A stretch of 64,000 nt of DNA from an uncultured Lachnospiraceae bacterium. Its GTDB lineage: Bacteria; Bacillota; Clostridia; Lachnospirales; Lachnospiraceae. Where the stretch lies: contig CAKZZH010000132.1 of the NCBI GenBank assembly GCA_937885345.1, positions 350-64,349 on the forward strand, given 5' to 3'. The translations under genes and the position numbers were made by a program. The notes under the pieces were generated by a model. It ran no database searches. It was not told the DNA's origin and worked only from the letters and a program-made list of their open reading frames with translations. Every line of letters starts with the position of its first letter. Positions within the stretch are counted from its first letter, which is position 1. Positions 55,968 through 64,000 of this stretch are shown here, piece by piece.

Positions 55968-57338
55968 TTACATTTTAACAAAGATCATGAACATCACAAG
56001 TGCAAAGCCTGCAACAAAAGCAAGTGCGCCTTTATCATTGTCCTTACCCGCATACATCTGGGGTATTTCCTCAACAACCGTAAATATTATCGCGCCGGCT
56101 GCAGCGGCCATGATATACGAGAGAGCCCCCGGGAAAATAACCACAACCACAAGCGTGATCATAGCCATTATAGGAACCGGCACACCGGAAATAACACCCA
56201 TAAAGAAGGCCTTACCAACACCGTTGCCTTTATCCCTTATGGGAAGCGAGACAAAGAGTGCCTCCGGAAAATTCTGAACCGCAACGGCAATCGCAAGAAC
56301 GAAAGCCGTTGAAGCGGATATCCAGTCCGTTTTCATAAAATGCGCCGCATATATTGTTCCAAGCGCGATCCCCTCGGGTATATGATGGATAACCTCGGAA
56401 AGCATAACTTTGGTTTCAGGCTTAAGTTTGCTGTTTAGACCCTCGGTAATATCCACATAGGCATGCGTGTGTGGCACAAGATGATCCAACAAAAACTGCG
56501 CTCCTACGCCCGCGCAGAAACTTAAAAATATAAATAAGATCTCACGAACATCCGCACTTCCCGGATTTCCTATAGAAGGTTTGAGCATTCCCCAGACCGC
56601 AATGGAAAGCATGATTCCGGCGCTGCTGCCCGCAAAGATCATACGAATGTTATCCGATATCGTTTTCCGCTTCGTATATACAAAAAGCGCTCCGAGAAGC
56701 GTTCCCGCAAAAGGGATCAGCATGCCAAAAATCGTATCCGAATCCGACAGCGCACCCGATTTATCAAGGGATGTTATCAGCGAATAAAATCCGATGAATA
56801 TGAGGATCGTACCACCGGCAACTTCGGAACCGGATTTATATCTTATTCCGAAAGCGCTTCCGATCCTAACGCCCGCAAAAGAAATAATAAATGTTACGAT
56901 GGTTATGGTGATACAGGCAAAAACGGTATTGAACATTTTACTTGCATCGAAAACCTCTACAGGAAAAGCTATAAACGTGATGCCGACCGCCAGTGCATCG
57001 ATACTGGTTGCAATGGCCATCGGAAACATCTGCTTGATCCCAAAACCCGCTTTGGTTTCCTCTTCCTCGGAAAACGCCTCACGGATCATATTGATTCCGA
57101 TAAGAAGAAGGAGTGCAAAAGCAACCCAGGGGGCGACCACTCCGATCCATTTCTCAAAGCGCGAGCCGACCATATATCCGATAAAAGGCATAAGACCCTG
57201 AAACACTCCGAACCATACGCCGCAGATAAGACATTCTTTAATTGTTATCTTACCGGCTGTAAGGCCTTTGCAAATGGAGACCGCAAAAGCATCCATAGCA
57301 AGTCCGACCGATAAAAGAAGTACCTCAAAAATACCCAT
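55968..57338 (-). CDS. fusion protein: MntP-type Mn efflux module (N-terminal) plus ZIP/ZupT-type metal permease module (C-terminal)
   Basis: 456 aa. Residues 1 to about 190 match MntP/DUF204 (LAMDAFAVSI, ATSIDALAVG). Residues from about 200 to 456 match ZIP (HHIPEGIALG, QNFPEA). Confidence 0.8.
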   Translation of the reverse strand: MGIFEVLLLSVGLAMDAFAVSICKGLTAGKITIKECLICGVWFGVFQGLMPFIGYMVGSRFEKWIGVVAPWVAFALLLLIGINMIREAFSEEEETKAGFGIKQMFPMAIATSIDALAVGITFIAFPVEVFDASKMFNTVFACITITIVTFIISFAGVRIGSAFGIRYKSGSEVAGGTILIFIGFYSLITSLDKSGALSDSDTIFGMLIPFAGTLLGALFVYTKRKTISDNIRMIFAGSSAGIMLSIAVWGMLKPSIGNPGSADVREILFIFLSFCAGVGAQFLLDHLVPHTHAYVDITEGLNSKLKPETKVMLSEVIHHIPEGIALGTIYAAHFMKTDWISASTAFVLAIAVAVQNFPEALFVSLPIRDKGNGVGKAFFMGVISGVPVPIMAMITLVVVVIFPGALSYIMAAAAGAIIFTVVEEIPQMYAGKDNDKGALAFVAGFALVMFMIFVKM

Positions 57339-57362
57339 ATTCTACGCTCCAATCCATATATG

Positions 57363-57391
57363 ATTGTACTATCAGGGCAGGCTGATGTCAA
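57363..57391 (-). promoter_or_regulatory. promoter of the MntP-ZIP gene
   Basis: Minus strand: TTGACA (57391-57386), 17-nt spacer, TACAAT (57368-57363). The leader is only about 20 nt and carries a GGAG RBS. Confidence 0.6.
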
Positions 57392-57406
57392 AGGAATTGC
57401 ACAATG

Positions 57407-57444
57407 TAAAAAGTGAGTGCCACAGCAAAGCCGCGGCACTCACT
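57407..57444 (-). terminator. intrinsic terminator of the upstream gene
   Basis: 10-bp perfect stem AGTGAGTGCC / GGCACTCACT, 13-nt loop, then TTTTTA on the minus strand. Confidence 0.7.
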
Positions 57445-57566
57445 ATCTCTCTATTAAACCTACTATATATCCCTTATTGATATTTTCCCCAAATGTAGAC
57501 ATTCCCATTGTCTTCATTCTACACATCTAAATTCTTCTGCCCTTTTCCTATCCGGTGATCCGACCC

Positions 57567-58112
57567 TTATGCCCAAGGATCTTCACTCTTGGATTTCTTA
57601 ATATCAACGATCAGGAACTGCTCCCAAAGGAACCACTGATCACCCTTCTTACGAAGCTTAACCTGACGAGGACTATCAGCTCCGCCCGAAGAAATATACA
57701 GAACCGCATATGAATCATCCTGATATGAATAAGGATTATCGGAAACTGTAACCGTGAAAGGCTGACTCGGTGTGTAATCGTTCTCAGGTGTAGCACCCTT
57801 AAAATATGAGAACGGAACCTTAACTCTGCCGGTTATTCTCTCCTTAAGGAAAGCCTTCTCGTGATTGCTGAGGGGCTGAGGTCCTTTCAGGAAATTAAGC
57901 ATGTCATATCCGATTTCAAGGTCGGCAGCAAGTGCGCAAATAGCACAAACCGTAAGGGCTGCTGTCTTAAAAGGTGAATCTAAAGTCGCTTCCGGAAGAG
58001 CCTGAAGCTCAGCTACGCTCTCAGGAAGAGCCTGGAATGTGAAGGTCTCTGTCTTATTACCACCGCCGGCAGCGTCAGAAACCGCATTCTTAATGTTATC
58101 AAAAATACTCAT
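57567..58112 (-). CDS. hypothetical cytoplasmic protein
   Basis: 181 aa. GGAGG RBS, no TM helix, no family recognised with confidence. Confidence 0.6.
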   Translation of the reverse strand: MSIFDNIKNAVSDAAGGGNKTETFTFQALPESVAELQALPEATLDSPFKTAALTVCAICALAADLEIGYDMLNFLKGPQPLSNHEKAFLKERITGRVKVPFSYFKGATPENDYTPSQPFTVTVSDNPYSYQDDSYAVLYISSGGADSPRQVKLRKKGDQWFLWEQFLIVDIKKSKSEDPWA

Positions 58113-58254
58113 TAATATACCTCCGTATCAAAGTATCCTATGTTGCCCATGCGCATCTAATCGCAGTTTATCGCAAATAAAATACGCACTACGCAACAAC
58201 CATAGTCACATTATATTGAAACTCGTTTTATAAAACATCATTAGTTTTGAGGAT

Positions 58255-58298
58255 AAAAAAAGACTGTGAAAAAGTCTTAAAAAACTTGTTTCACAGTC
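58255..58298 (-). terminator. terminator after the CarD-like gene
   Basis: Stem GACTGTGAAA / TTTCACAGTC followed on the minus strand by TTTTTTT (plus-strand A-run 58255-58261). Confidence 0.7.
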
Positions 58299-58362
58299 AT
58301 TTTACAGCTATTTAACGGTCAATCCGCAGCAATGCGCGGTTATTTAGCGGGCCACGGTGCCT

Positions 58363-58866
58363 TTATTTGGCCCCGCGTGCGATCCTCTCGCCGATATAGT
58401 CCTCCATCTCGTCCTTGTCCTTCTTAAGGGCAAAGCTAAGCTCGCTGTAGAGGTTGTCTTCAGCCATTTTAAAATATCTGTCATCAGTCGCGGTAGTCTT
58501 CTTACCCTGTGCGATCCTCTCCTGCTTGCGCGAATAAACTGTCTTAAGAACGCTCACAAGATTACGGCAATCCCCGCTTCCTACGAATTCCTTGTACTTC
58601 TCTTCACGAAGCTTATCATTGGTAGCGGAAATCTTCTCAATGCTCGGAATCTCATCGATAAGAGCAAGCGCTTCCTTCTTGTTGATCACGGTCCTGGCAA
58701 CAACCTTCGTATTGTCAGTCGGAAGGAAGGAGCGTCCTCCCTTGCCGTAAACAGGCTCCAACACATAGTATTCTCTGTCACTGCCCGCAAAATCAAGTTT
58801 GGAAATATCCACGATCTTGCAGATGCCGTTAGTACCACATACTATAAATTCTCCAACACGGAACAT
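58363..58866 (-). CDS. CarD/CdnL-family RNA polymerase-binding regulator
   Basis: Started at MFRVGEFIV (ATG 58866, GGAGG RBS). The N-terminal Tudor-like segment GICKIV.I......REYYVLEP is typical of CarD_CdnL_TRCF. Confidence 0.82.
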   Translation of the reverse strand: MFRVGEFIVCGTNGICKIVDISKLDFAGSDREYYVLEPVYGKGGRSFLPTDNTKVVARTVINKKEALALIDEIPSIEKISATNDKLREEKYKEFVGSGDCRNLVSVLKTVYSRKQERIAQGKKTTATDDRYFKMAEDNLYSELSFALKKDKDEMEDYIGERIARGAK

Positions 58867-58983
58867 AAATCCTCCATTTCTGTGCAAATATCCGTACGAC
58901 CACCTTATGGCTTCTGCCGTCGGAGTATAAAATAAATCCCTCACCTAAGTGCAGAGGGACTTGTCCTCGCATTAATGTTAACA

Positions 58984-59016
58984 TAAAATGGCCCAAAATA
59001 AAAGTGGGCCATTTTA
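58984..59016 (-). terminator. terminator after the HMGL-like gene
   Basis: Stem AATGGCCCA / TGGGCCATT flanked by AAAA and TTTT. Confidence 0.6.
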
Positions 59017-59064
59017 TCCATTTTTGTATTAAATTCAGTCCAGATCTTCCCATCTGGCTCCTGT

Positions 59065-60042
59065 TCAATCCTGATTGATCAGCTCGGCATAGAAATCGGC
59101 ATAGTCTTTACGCTTCTCGTTTGTAAAAGCGATAGCGGTTCTGGGATGCTGATTGAGAAGTCCGGTTGCAAGGTACTGAAGATCGTATCCCCATACAACA
59201 CCGGATTCCTTGAGAGGAACCATATAGTCCTGTATAAACCTGAATACAGGGAAAATATTGTATTTGGGATTACGGAGCACTCCGAGAAGGTTCTCCATTG
59301 AGCAGTTGCCCGCGCCTCTTCCCATTCCGTTATATGTTGCATCAAGCCAGTTAACGCCGTCACCTACGCACTCAAGTGTGTTGGCAAAAGCAAGCTGCTG
59401 ATTATTGTGAGCATGAATACCGATCTGCTTACCGTATTTGTCGCCGTATTCGACATAGAGGCTGGCAACTCTGGCCATCTGCTCGGGATAGAGAGCTCCA
59501 AAGCTGTCAACGATGTAGATCGCGTCAACATCGGTCTTACAGATGATGTCGAGAGCAGCCTTAATATCGCCCTCCTGAGCGCTTGAAACCGCCATAATAT
59601 TGCAGGAAACCTCATAGCCCTTCTTCTTAGCGTCCTCGATCATATCGACTGCGGCAGGGATCTGATGAACATAGCAGGCTACTCTGATAAGGTCAAGCGC
59701 ACTGTTGGCACGCTCAACAATATCATTCTTGTAATCGCACCTGCCTACATCCGCCATAGCGGCAAGTTTGAGCCCTGTATCGTTATTGGCACCGAATACC
59801 TCAAAGATATCATCCTCGTTGCAAAATTTCCATTTGCCGAATTTATCCTTATCGAACATAGTCTTATCGCCCTTATATCCGATCTCCATATAATCAACAC
59901 CGGCCTTAAGATTGGTCTCGTAGAGCGCTTTTGCAAATACATCGGTAAAATAAAAATCATTTACCAGACCACCGTCTCTGAGTGTTGCGTCCACAACGCG
60001 GACATTTTCTCTGTAATCCATAAGTGCCGATATTTCTTTCAT
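59065..60042 (-). CDS. HMGL-like (DRE-TIM metallolyase / pyruvate carboxyltransferase domain) protein
   Basis: Started at MKEISALMDY (ATG 60042). DATLRDGG motif, then H.HNN and other aldolase-type TIM-barrel signatures. Confidence 0.78.
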   Translation of the reverse strand: MKEISALMDYRENVRVVDATLRDGGLVNDFYFTDVFAKALYETNLKAGVDYMEIGYKGDKTMFDKDKFGKWKFCNEDDIFEVFGANNDTGLKLAAMADVGRCDYKNDIVERANSALDLIRVACYVHQIPAAVDMIEDAKKKGYEVSCNIMAVSSAQEGDIKAALDIICKTDVDAIYIVDSFGALYPEQMARVASLYVEYGDKYGKQIGIHAHNNQQLAFANTLECVGDGVNWLDATYNGMGRGAGNCSMENLLGVLRNPKYNIFPVFRFIQDYMVPLKESGVVWGYDLQYLATGLLNQHPRTAIAFTNEKRKDYADFYAELINQD

Positions 60043-60139
60043 AAAATCAAATCCTCCATATCCATAATTGTTTGATATCAAACCATTTTCGCGTAAATAA
60101 CATGTGCCTGTTCATTTTTTACATAATATGCCGAAACGA

Positions 60140-62098
60140 TCATAATTTCAAGCGATTATTATCTTTTACAAATTCAATGTATTCTTTGGCAGTTAACGCT
60201 TCGCTGAAATAGTAGCCCTGAATGTAGTCGCATCTGCAGTCGCAGAGATAATCAAACTGCTCTCTCGTCTCAACGCCTTCGGCCACAACCTCAAATCCGA
60301 GATCCTTCAAAGTCCTGATCGTACCGGCTACGATGGTTCGTCCTTTCTGAGTTGAGATTGCCTTGACAAGCCGCTCATCAAGCTTGACCGTACGAACGGG
60401 AAGTGTCGCCAATCCTGATATATCCGAATAGGAAGAGCCGTAATCGTCGAGTACAAAAGAATATCCCCTGTCTCCAAGCTCCGTAAAATTGCTGTCCGCA
60501 ACACCCTTCGTCTTCTTGTACAATTCCTCTGTTATCTCGAAGGTGATTCCCGCAGGCTGAATATGATATTTCTCCTGAAGGGAAATTATTTTATTTGCGA
60601 AATCGCTCTGTATCGCCTGAGCGGTGGAAAGGTTGATGCAGACATCATTTACTCCCTTTTCGGTAAGCTTGTTGTCAAAAATGAATTTAAAAACCTCTTT
60701 AACAACGAAGTTGCCGATGGTCAGCATGATCCCGCTCTTCTCCGCATTCGGTACAAACATTTCCGGCGGGACGAAACCGTACTTAGGGTCCTTCAGCCTT
60801 ATAAGCGCTTCAACCGCAGTAAAATACCTTTTGCGCACATTGTAGATCGGCTGATAATACATATACAGATTGTGCTCCATCATCGCCCTTGTCAGGATCG
60901 AATCCATATCACGTTCCATCTGAAAATTGCGCGTGTTAAGGAGTTCATTGGCGCTCGCGTATATCTTATCCTTGGGCATATGATCATAAAATCTGTGCCC
61001 GAACTTGATGATCTCGTTGAAATTGCCGATATCATCGGGAATTCTGAGATAGCAGATACTCGGTTTAAGTCTTGTGCCTGAGTTGATGACATCCTTGATA
61101 TTGTCCATAAACTCATTGTACATAATCGAAATATCACGCGCGGGATCGAATCTCTCATCGTCAAACATTATATATATACAGCCCGTCTGCTCGTAGAAAA
61201 GCGTATAATCAGGCGCATACTTCTTACAGATCACATTAAGGCGCTTAACGATCCGTTGTATATAAGTATTATATTTTTCTTCTTCAAGATAAGCTCTTAC
61301 CTCGTAGGCATTGACGAATTTAATAACGACGAGCTTCATCATCTTTCTGGTCAGGAGCACCTTTTGAAGTTCGGATCTGTAGGCGTCAAAGCTAAGGAGC
61401 CCCAACGATTCGTCGACGATTTCCTCCGGTATGTGCACATGTAAAATAATAATAAGACATCCGATCGCCATCGAGAACATCTCGATAAGAAGCTGCGGCA
61501 CGAAAAACTGCACACTAACGGCTATGATCGCAAACACATACAAAAGCATGAGCGCAAGCCACTTTCTCTTATCGAGAAACCTCTTGCAATACAGCAGATA
61601 ACTAAAGCACATACCGACATATATAAAGGACATAATGTAGAGGATATATATAAGTTTTCCTCTCTCATAACCGTTTTCGGTCACGGTAAAAAGCATATGG
61701 TGGTAGAAATTCGAAGCGAGAAGGATCACGAGCAGCGCATAGGGCGCAATCACAAGTGCTTTAACCGCAGGTCTCTTGAGCGCATACCATGTTCTTGTTA
61801 TCGCAAATATAAAAAGCACATAGAACGCGTTATTCGCATTTCTCGTCAGGAAATATCCATATGAAAAGAAATAATCCAGATTAATAAGTTCCGGGCTGAG
61901 CGTCTGTCCGCCGGTAGTTGCCAGTGCGCTGATCGCTTCCATTCCGTAATCGAATATCGTCGTAAACAGCATAAAAACGACCATCCAAATGAACATCTTG
62001 TTTGCAAGGCCTTGGGTCATTTTACGATATCCAATTGAAAAGAGGATCACGGCGTAGATCACAAACGCCGAATAATCAAAGTAAAGTACCTTCTCCAT
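60140..62098 (-). CDS. multi-pass membrane sensor - degenerate GGDEF-like - EAL c-di-GMP phosphodiesterase
   Basis: 652 aa with about 7-8 N-terminal TM helices. The EAL domain has an intact EALIR, DDYG, KLD, EGVET and QGYYF. Confidence 0.87.
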   Translation of the reverse strand: MEKVLYFDYSAFVIYAVILFSIGYRKMTQGLANKMFIWMVVFMLFTTIFDYGMEAISALATTGGQTLSPELINLDYFFSYGYFLTRNANNAFYVLFIFAITRTWYALKRPAVKALVIAPYALLVILLASNFYHHMLFTVTENGYERGKLIYILYIMSFIYVGMCFSYLLYCKRFLDKRKWLALMLLYVFAIIAVSVQFFVPQLLIEMFSMAIGCLIIILHVHIPEEIVDESLGLLSFDAYRSELQKVLLTRKMMKLVVIKFVNAYEVRAYLEEEKYNTYIQRIVKRLNVICKKYAPDYTLFYEQTGCIYIMFDDERFDPARDISIMYNEFMDNIKDVINSGTRLKPSICYLRIPDDIGNFNEIIKFGHRFYDHMPKDKIYASANELLNTRNFQMERDMDSILTRAMMEHNLYMYYQPIYNVRKRYFTAVEALIRLKDPKYGFVPPEMFVPNAEKSGIMLTIGNFVVKEVFKFIFDNKLTEKGVNDVCINLSTAQAIQSDFANKIISLQEKYHIQPAGITFEITEELYKKTKGVADSNFTELGDRGYSFVLDDYGSSYSDISGLATLPVRTVKLDERLVKAISTQKGRTIVAGTIRTLKDLGFEVVAEGVETREQFDYLCDCRCDYIQGYYFSEALTAKEYIEFVKDNNRLKL

Positions 62099-62552
62099 CG
62101 TTCTCTTTGCCCTTCATTCCTGTATTATCCTCAGCTTTAAGCCGCTTTATATACCATATGATAGATGTAACCGTATCAAACAGAAGCATAACCACAAAAC
62201 ACCCGCCGCCAAGAAATATACCAAACAGCAAGTACTCTATTCCGTTAAGGAAGGTGTTTTTCTGCGGCACGATCCATTTATCTATGCCAACAAAGTAAAA
62301 TATCACTGCCGTTATCGCTGCGTTAAGTACAAGCCAGATGGCCTTGTCGCGAAGCTTTAAAATGTATTTATCCTTCCAGCCTTTGGTATAGAAAGAATAT
62401 AAACAGTACAATCCGCACATTAATACCGGAATCCCGAACGCAAAATAGGTCTCAATATTATATACGCCGTTTTCCTCAAGTGCGTCAGACCCTGTAAACA
62501 AAGCCCAGCTGAGGATTGAGCAGATAAGTATAAGGAACAGTTTCTTTTTCAT
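62076..62552 (-). CDS. 4-TM membrane protein, unknown function
   Basis: 158 aa. Overlaps the EAL gene start by 23 nt. Confidence 0.55.
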   Translation of the reverse strand: MKKKLFLILICSILSWALFTGSDALEENGVYNIETYFAFGIPVLMCGLYCLYSFYTKGWKDKYILKLRDKAIWLVLNAAITAVIFYFVGIDKWIVPQKNTFLNGIEYLLFGIFLGGGCFVVMLLFDTVTSIIWYIKRLKAEDNTGMKGKENDGEGTLL

Positions 62553-62645
62553 TCACCTTACTCCTTAAATGTGTACCCTTTACTTTACTATACCAAACCG
62601 CCAATGTCAAAGCCCATGTCCGTCAGTTCATGCGGTCAATGTCCG

Positions 62646-64000
62646 TCAGTTCACGCAGTTCTTCTTGTGCTCAATCTTCGTCTTGTACATAAGAATGTCC
62701 GACTCTCTGAGCGACTTATCAAATATAAAATCATCCGTCGAAGTCACATAGGTTCCGACACTGACTGACAAAGTGTACGGAAGGAGCCCTTTATCATTGA
62801 TATTGTCGAGATATCTGTTGACCGCTTTCTCCATCTGATCCGCTTCCGCCGGATCGTTTATGCAGGCACATACAATAAATTCATCACCGCCGAAACGACC
62901 GCAGATTTTAGTTCGATATGGAACTGTTTGAATGGCTTCGGAAATATATTTAATAGCAGCATCACCCGAATCATGTCCGTAAGTGTCATTAATCTTCTTA
63001 AGGCCATCCATATCCACGCTGGCAACAAGCACATAATCGGTCCGCTCGGAATTGATGCCCTCATAAACCATTGAATCAAGCGCATCGTAGAAACCGGCTC
63101 TGTTAAGAAGACCCGTCGAGTAATCGGTCTTGGCCATTGCATCAAGGCTCTTAACCATGTACTCAAGATTTCTCACCAGCCTGTAACTGCCGATGGCTTT
63201 GTTGATATTAGTCACAAACTGCTGGACTTTGCAATACGTATCGATCTCGGGTTCGGTGTAAAAACACATATATCCGATCGGCTTACCGCTAAAGCTCAGC
63301 GCAGTAATCACTATCGGTCTCTTGGCAGTGAGCGGCCACTCAAGATGCGGCATAAGTTCCTTCCTCGGTATATCGAGTGGATATTGGGTAAGGTCCAGGC
63401 CTGTCTGGAAAAGCACCTTCATAACATCGTCAAATTTGTCTGTTCTCACGTTCGTCGAAGGATTCACCGTACAATCAAAACAATCCTGATTAAGTACGAT
63501 CGCAGTCTCAAACAAATGCGCCTTCTCAAAATATCTTATAAGCGAAAGGCTTGACTCGCATGTCATAACCTTCTCGTTAAGGTCATAAAAAGATAACTCG
63601 TCCGCTCTGTATTTGCCGAATCTCTCCGTATAATCCTTAACCAGCGAACCTGTATTAATAACCGGATGGCAATCTTTGCATCCGCAGGAATGATATATAT
63701 CAAGTTTGTAAGGAATTGGGTATTCCATATCCGTATACTTGTTGTCCATTTTATCGACGATGATCTTCACGATCTTCCTGGCGAAAGCCTGCATATCACA
63801 TGACGCAGTGGTTATGGTAGGCATGCTGATCTTGGCTTCAAGAATGCCGTCAAATCCGGTTACCGCAACATCCTCGGGAACGCGATAACCAAGCTGACCA
63901 AGACGGTCTGCGGCGGCGATTGCCATTGTATCGTTGGCGCAGACAACAGCCCTCGGAATCCTTCCGTTTGCATTCATCCGGTCAATCGCTTCAATCGTAG
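62646..64000 (-). CDS. diguanylate cyclase with LacI/PBP-type sugar-binding-like sensor domain (5' end outside the window)
   Basis: C-terminal GGDEF (GRFGGDEFIV). The N-terminal visible part (AVVCANDTMAIAAADRL..G.RVPEDVAVTGFDG) is a type-1 PBP fold. The frame stays open upstream of M63977 to the window edge. Confidence 0.85.
   Translation of the reverse strand, partial: TIEAIDRMNANGRIPRAVVCANDTMAIAAADRLGQLGYRVPEDVAVTGFDGILEAKISMPTITTASCDMQAFARKIVKIIVDKMDNKYTDMEYPIPYKLDIYHSCGCKDCHPVINTGSLVKDYTERFGKYRADELSFYDLNEKVMTCESSLSLIRYFEKAHLFETAIVLNQDCFDCTVNPSTNVRTDKFDDVMKVLFQTGLDLTQYPLDIPRKELMPHLEWPLTAKRPIVITALSFSGKPIGYMCFYTEPEIDTYCKVQQFVTNINKAIGSYRLVRNLEYMVKSLDAMAKTDYSTGLLNRAGFYDALDSMVYEGINSERTDYVLVASVDMDGLKKINDTYGHDSGDAAIKYISEAIQTVPYRTKICGRFGGDEFIVCACINDPAEADQMEKAVNRYLDNINDKGLLPYTLSVSVGTYVTSTDDFIFDKSLRESDILMYKTKIEHKKNCVN

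Noticed and set aside
57443-57526. 27-codon Met-rich small ORF (MCRMKTMGMSTFGENINKGYIVGLIER) on the minus strand, ending inside the terminator stem. Considered as a leader peptide.
   Set aside because: It has no convincing RBS. The downstream gene has its own promoter after the terminator, so attenuation would have no target. Most likely a chance ORF.
57339-57566. Possible yybP-ykoY (manganese) riboswitch upstream of the MntP-ZIP gene. A UUGACAU element and a GAGAUAG-like stretch are about 55 nt apart, with a strong hairpin between them.
   Set aside because: The conserved GGGGAGUAG loop is missing. The UUGACA is better explained as the -35 box of a TTGACA-17-TACAAT promoter. The hairpin plus T-tract is a normal terminator for the upstream gene. 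Only about 20 nt of leader remain. A covariance-model search would settle it.
1-64000. CRISPR arrays, IS elements, integrases, prophage genes, toxin-antitoxin pairs or known defence-system ATPase/nuclease genes.
   Set aside because: None were seen on reading both strands and the ORF translations. The only repeats found are the short ones listed as features.

Overview
The window looks like a chromosomal segment from a Clostridia-class Firmicute, probably Lachnospiraceae-like. This is an inference from the protein repertoire, GGAGG-type ribosome-binding sites (RBS) and the conserved blocks rpsF-ssb-rpsR and gdpP-rplI-dnaB. All family calls come from motif recognition by eye; no database search was run. 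Most genes are on the minus strand. Contents in order: fba translationally coupled to a class B sortase; an SPFH/zinc-ribbon membrane cluster; cell-wall glycopolymer genes (LCP ligase, glf); rpsF-ssb-rpsR; an AT-rich five-gene CDP-3,6-dideoxyhexose cassette bracketed by a 13-17 bp direct repeat next to tRNA-Cys; and a four-gene operon of membrane-anchored proteins (coiled-coil/2TM, MPN-like/LysM, TM-anchored unknown, CvpA). Next come a BMP-type nucleoside ABC transporter plus xpt with a GT2-LicD-GT2 block nested inside it, then DegV, FabZ, FabK and an AI-2E transporter. A glycan-utilisation locus follows (large binding protein, GH29 fucosidase, AraC-type response regulator with no kinase, and a divergent ABC importer). 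After it come a 56-aa ferredoxin missing from the ORF track, dnaB-rplI-gdpP, and a LacI-controlled cellobiose locus (ABC importer plus GH94 phosphorylase) with a recurring operator-like motif. The window ends with a MntP-ZIP fusion metal transporter, a CarD-like regulator, an HMGL-like enzyme and a c-di-GMP module (GGDEF, membrane protein, EAL). No CRISPR array, IS element, integrase or recognisable defence system was seen. The most unusual items are the repeat-bracketed sugar cassette, the envelope operon with a degenerate MPN-LysM protein, and the MntP-ZIP fusion.
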